This document shows, piece after piece, positions 61,801 through 64,000 of a DNA stretch of 64,000 nt; within the stretch, counting starts at the first letter, position 1, and each line of letters opens with the position of its first letter. The translations under genes were made by a program, and so were the position numbers. The notes under the pieces were generated by a model. The model searched no databases, had not been told where the DNA came from, and saw only the letters and a program-made list of their open reading frames with translations. Origin of the DNA: Vicugna vicugna (Eukaryota); contig MU058824.1 of the NCBI GenBank assembly GCA_013265495.1, forward strand, positions 2,631,111 to 2,695,110. The letters run 5' to 3'.

Positions 61801-63239
61801 GATCTGGTGTGTTTGCCGTGAGTGGGGTGGACGCGGGGAGGAGAGCCAGGTCTGCCCTGGCCACTCAGGATGGGAAGATGGTGGAGGACCTCCCCTGGCA
61901 GAAGGCTCAAACCCCCCATTCCCTGACTGGGTGCAGATTTTGGAAGTTGAGGGTTGGCTGTGGGACAGGCCTGGCTGCAGGCGCTGGGGTGCCAGGTGGG
62001 GTGGAGGGGGAAGCAGCTTGCCTCCAGGCAAGTTGGCTCAGCCCACTGCTTTGTTTAGCTTCAAACATTCAACTTCTCGCTTCTATTTGAAAACCTGCTT
62101 CTGATGTGATGGCCTGACAGCTGGTGAGAAATGCGAGCTGCATCTGGGCCACTAGAAGACTTGGCTGTGTGTGTGTGTGACAGCCCAGTCTTCTCTGTGC
62201 CTGGGACCTCATTCATTCACTCACTCACTCACTCATCCATCAAACATCTACTAGGTGCTTACTCTCTGCTAAATGCTGGCATCCAGCTGGTGAGCAAGAC
62301 CAACATGGCCCTGCCTTCAGAGTATAGGTTCTTGTAGGGGAGGGGCCCTTAGCAGGTCATCAGTCTTCAAAATGGAGCACAGGGCTGGTGTAAAGGTGGA
62401 GGTCGCCAAGTGTTCTCAAGGACTGGAATATACTGCGACCGAGGTGGGTGATGCCCTTAACTAGATGCAAGGGGCTGGTGAATTTAAGTGTTTCTGCCAA
62501 TCTATTCATCCAACAATTATTTACATCTACTCTGTGCCTGGCATATACTAAGCCCTCAGTGGGACTGTCAGCATGCCTGCCAGGAGCTCCACGAGGGCTA
62601 TGTGGAGGTGTGATTCTCCTCCTCTGGATTCTCCGTGCTAGATCTGTTGATCATGCAACAGGGACTCAGCTACTGAGACTGGAATGGGACGCCATGCAGA
62701 AAAGCAGAGAATCCTTCCTGGCTGAATAGGGGTTTGGGGAAGGAGGGTCACAGATTATCACTAGCATAACTGTAAACACTGGGGAAGCAAGAGACTCAGG
62801 TTCCAGCTCTGGTTCTGCTACTCAAGGGCTGTGTGACTTTAGGCAAGCTCTCTCCCTCTCTGGCTTTCAGTTTCCCCTACTATAAAAGAAAGGGGTTGCC
62901 ACAGCTCAACTCCAGGTCCCAAGCCCCAAAGCCCAGGACAGCACCTAGGACAGAGCAAGGGCTGGGGAATAACAATGTCATTTGTCACAGGGGGCCAGAT
63001 GCAGCCAGGGTCGGAGATGTGAAAGGGCTTATGACAAACAGCACTAATTGTGCCACTAACACTCTCATCCTACCTCTTCATAGTTAGGGTTATTTTGTAT
63101 CTGAGTAACACAGCATAGCATGTTTATAGTAATTCTTAGATCTTTGGGTCTGATAGGTAACTTTCCTTTTAACAATTATAATATGGTCATAGGTTCTGGG
63201 ACACATGAGATAGAATTCTAGATCCAATCTTTGCTTCCA

Positions 63240-63800
63240 AAAAATAAAGCGTGAAAAAGAAGAAACAGTTACTTTCCAATGGGGATACCTAGCAAACACT
63301 ACCTCAAACAAGCAATTAAGGAGAACCACAACACTGATGTCAAGTGTCATGTGGAATGATGTGACGAGAAGGGCACTTCGCCTCTGTGGTATTCTTTCCC
63401 TAAACTTATAATCCTAATTTAAACATGAGAAAAACGTTAGATAAACCGGACTGGGAGATATTCTGTGGGATACCCAGCCAGGACTCTCGAGGGTAATGAA
63501 AAACAAGGAAAGACTGAGAAGCTGGCACAGACAAGAGAAGATCATGAACAGAGATGACAGCTCAGTGCCATGTGGTGCCCTGGCACTGGATCATGGAGTA
63601 GAAAGAGGACATTAATGGAAAAAATGGTGAAATCCAAATAAAGTCTGGAGTGCATGTAGTAACCATGTACCAATGTCAAATTTCTTTGTTTTGATACATA
63701 CACCATGGTAGTGTAAGGTGTGAACTATAATGGAAAACTCTCCGTCTATACAACTTCTCTGTAAATCTAAATTTATTCTGAACTGAAATGTTTATTTTTT
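63240..63800 (+). mobile_element. Old L1MC-like 3' end
   Basis: gaagggcacttc.cctctgtggtattc, ggacattaatggaaaaa.tggtgaaatccaaataaagtctg motifs. Confidence 0.7.
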
Positions 63801-64000
63801 TTAAAGGAGACAAACATTTTAGGACTAAAATAAAAGTGTTTGGCAAAAAAGGAGGAAAGAATGATTAATAGATAAAATACCTTCCTTCATAGAAAATACC
63901 ACAGAATAATTTGTTTTTTCTCAGTTGCTGGAAAAATTTTGAAACTAAGCCAAGCTTTGAGGATTTGTATAAGATGCTGCATTATAATCTCATGCTTTGG

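Noticed and set aside
48600..64000. Many 60-196 aa ORFs upstream of ALDH1B1
   Set aside because: No recognisable domains or consistent exon structure; region is dominated by MaLR, MER5, MIR, L2 and L1 relics.
1..64000. CRISPR arrays, rRNA/tRNA genes, prokaryotic systems
   Set aside because: None seen; the sequence is mammalian with spliceosomal introns.

Overview
Mammalian genomic DNA, probably a cetartiodactyl and tentatively a camelid (inferred from L1 3'-end style and the absence of recognisable Alu/B1/Bov-tA/CHR/PRE-1/Can-SINEs). It holds a complete, intact IGFBPL1 gene on + (4 coding exons, 274 aa, plus a 3'-UTR exon). Converging on it from - is the native ALDH1B1 locus, which appears dead: two frameshifts, two nonsense codons and many substitutions at conserved residues, while its promoter, 5'-UTR exon and intron are retained (candidate unitary gene loss). 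About 13 kb upstream of IGFBPL1 is a minus-strand exon with strong splice signals and an ATG (MLFPNA-R/S) that may be the first coding exon of STRA6L/RBPR2. The rest is ordinary mammalian repeat landscape (L1 3' ends, ERV/MaLR LTRs, MIR/L2, hAT relics), including two very short L1 insertions with visible target-site duplications. Most ORFs in the supplied track are spurious. Gene, ortholog and repeat-family names are from memory, not database searches.
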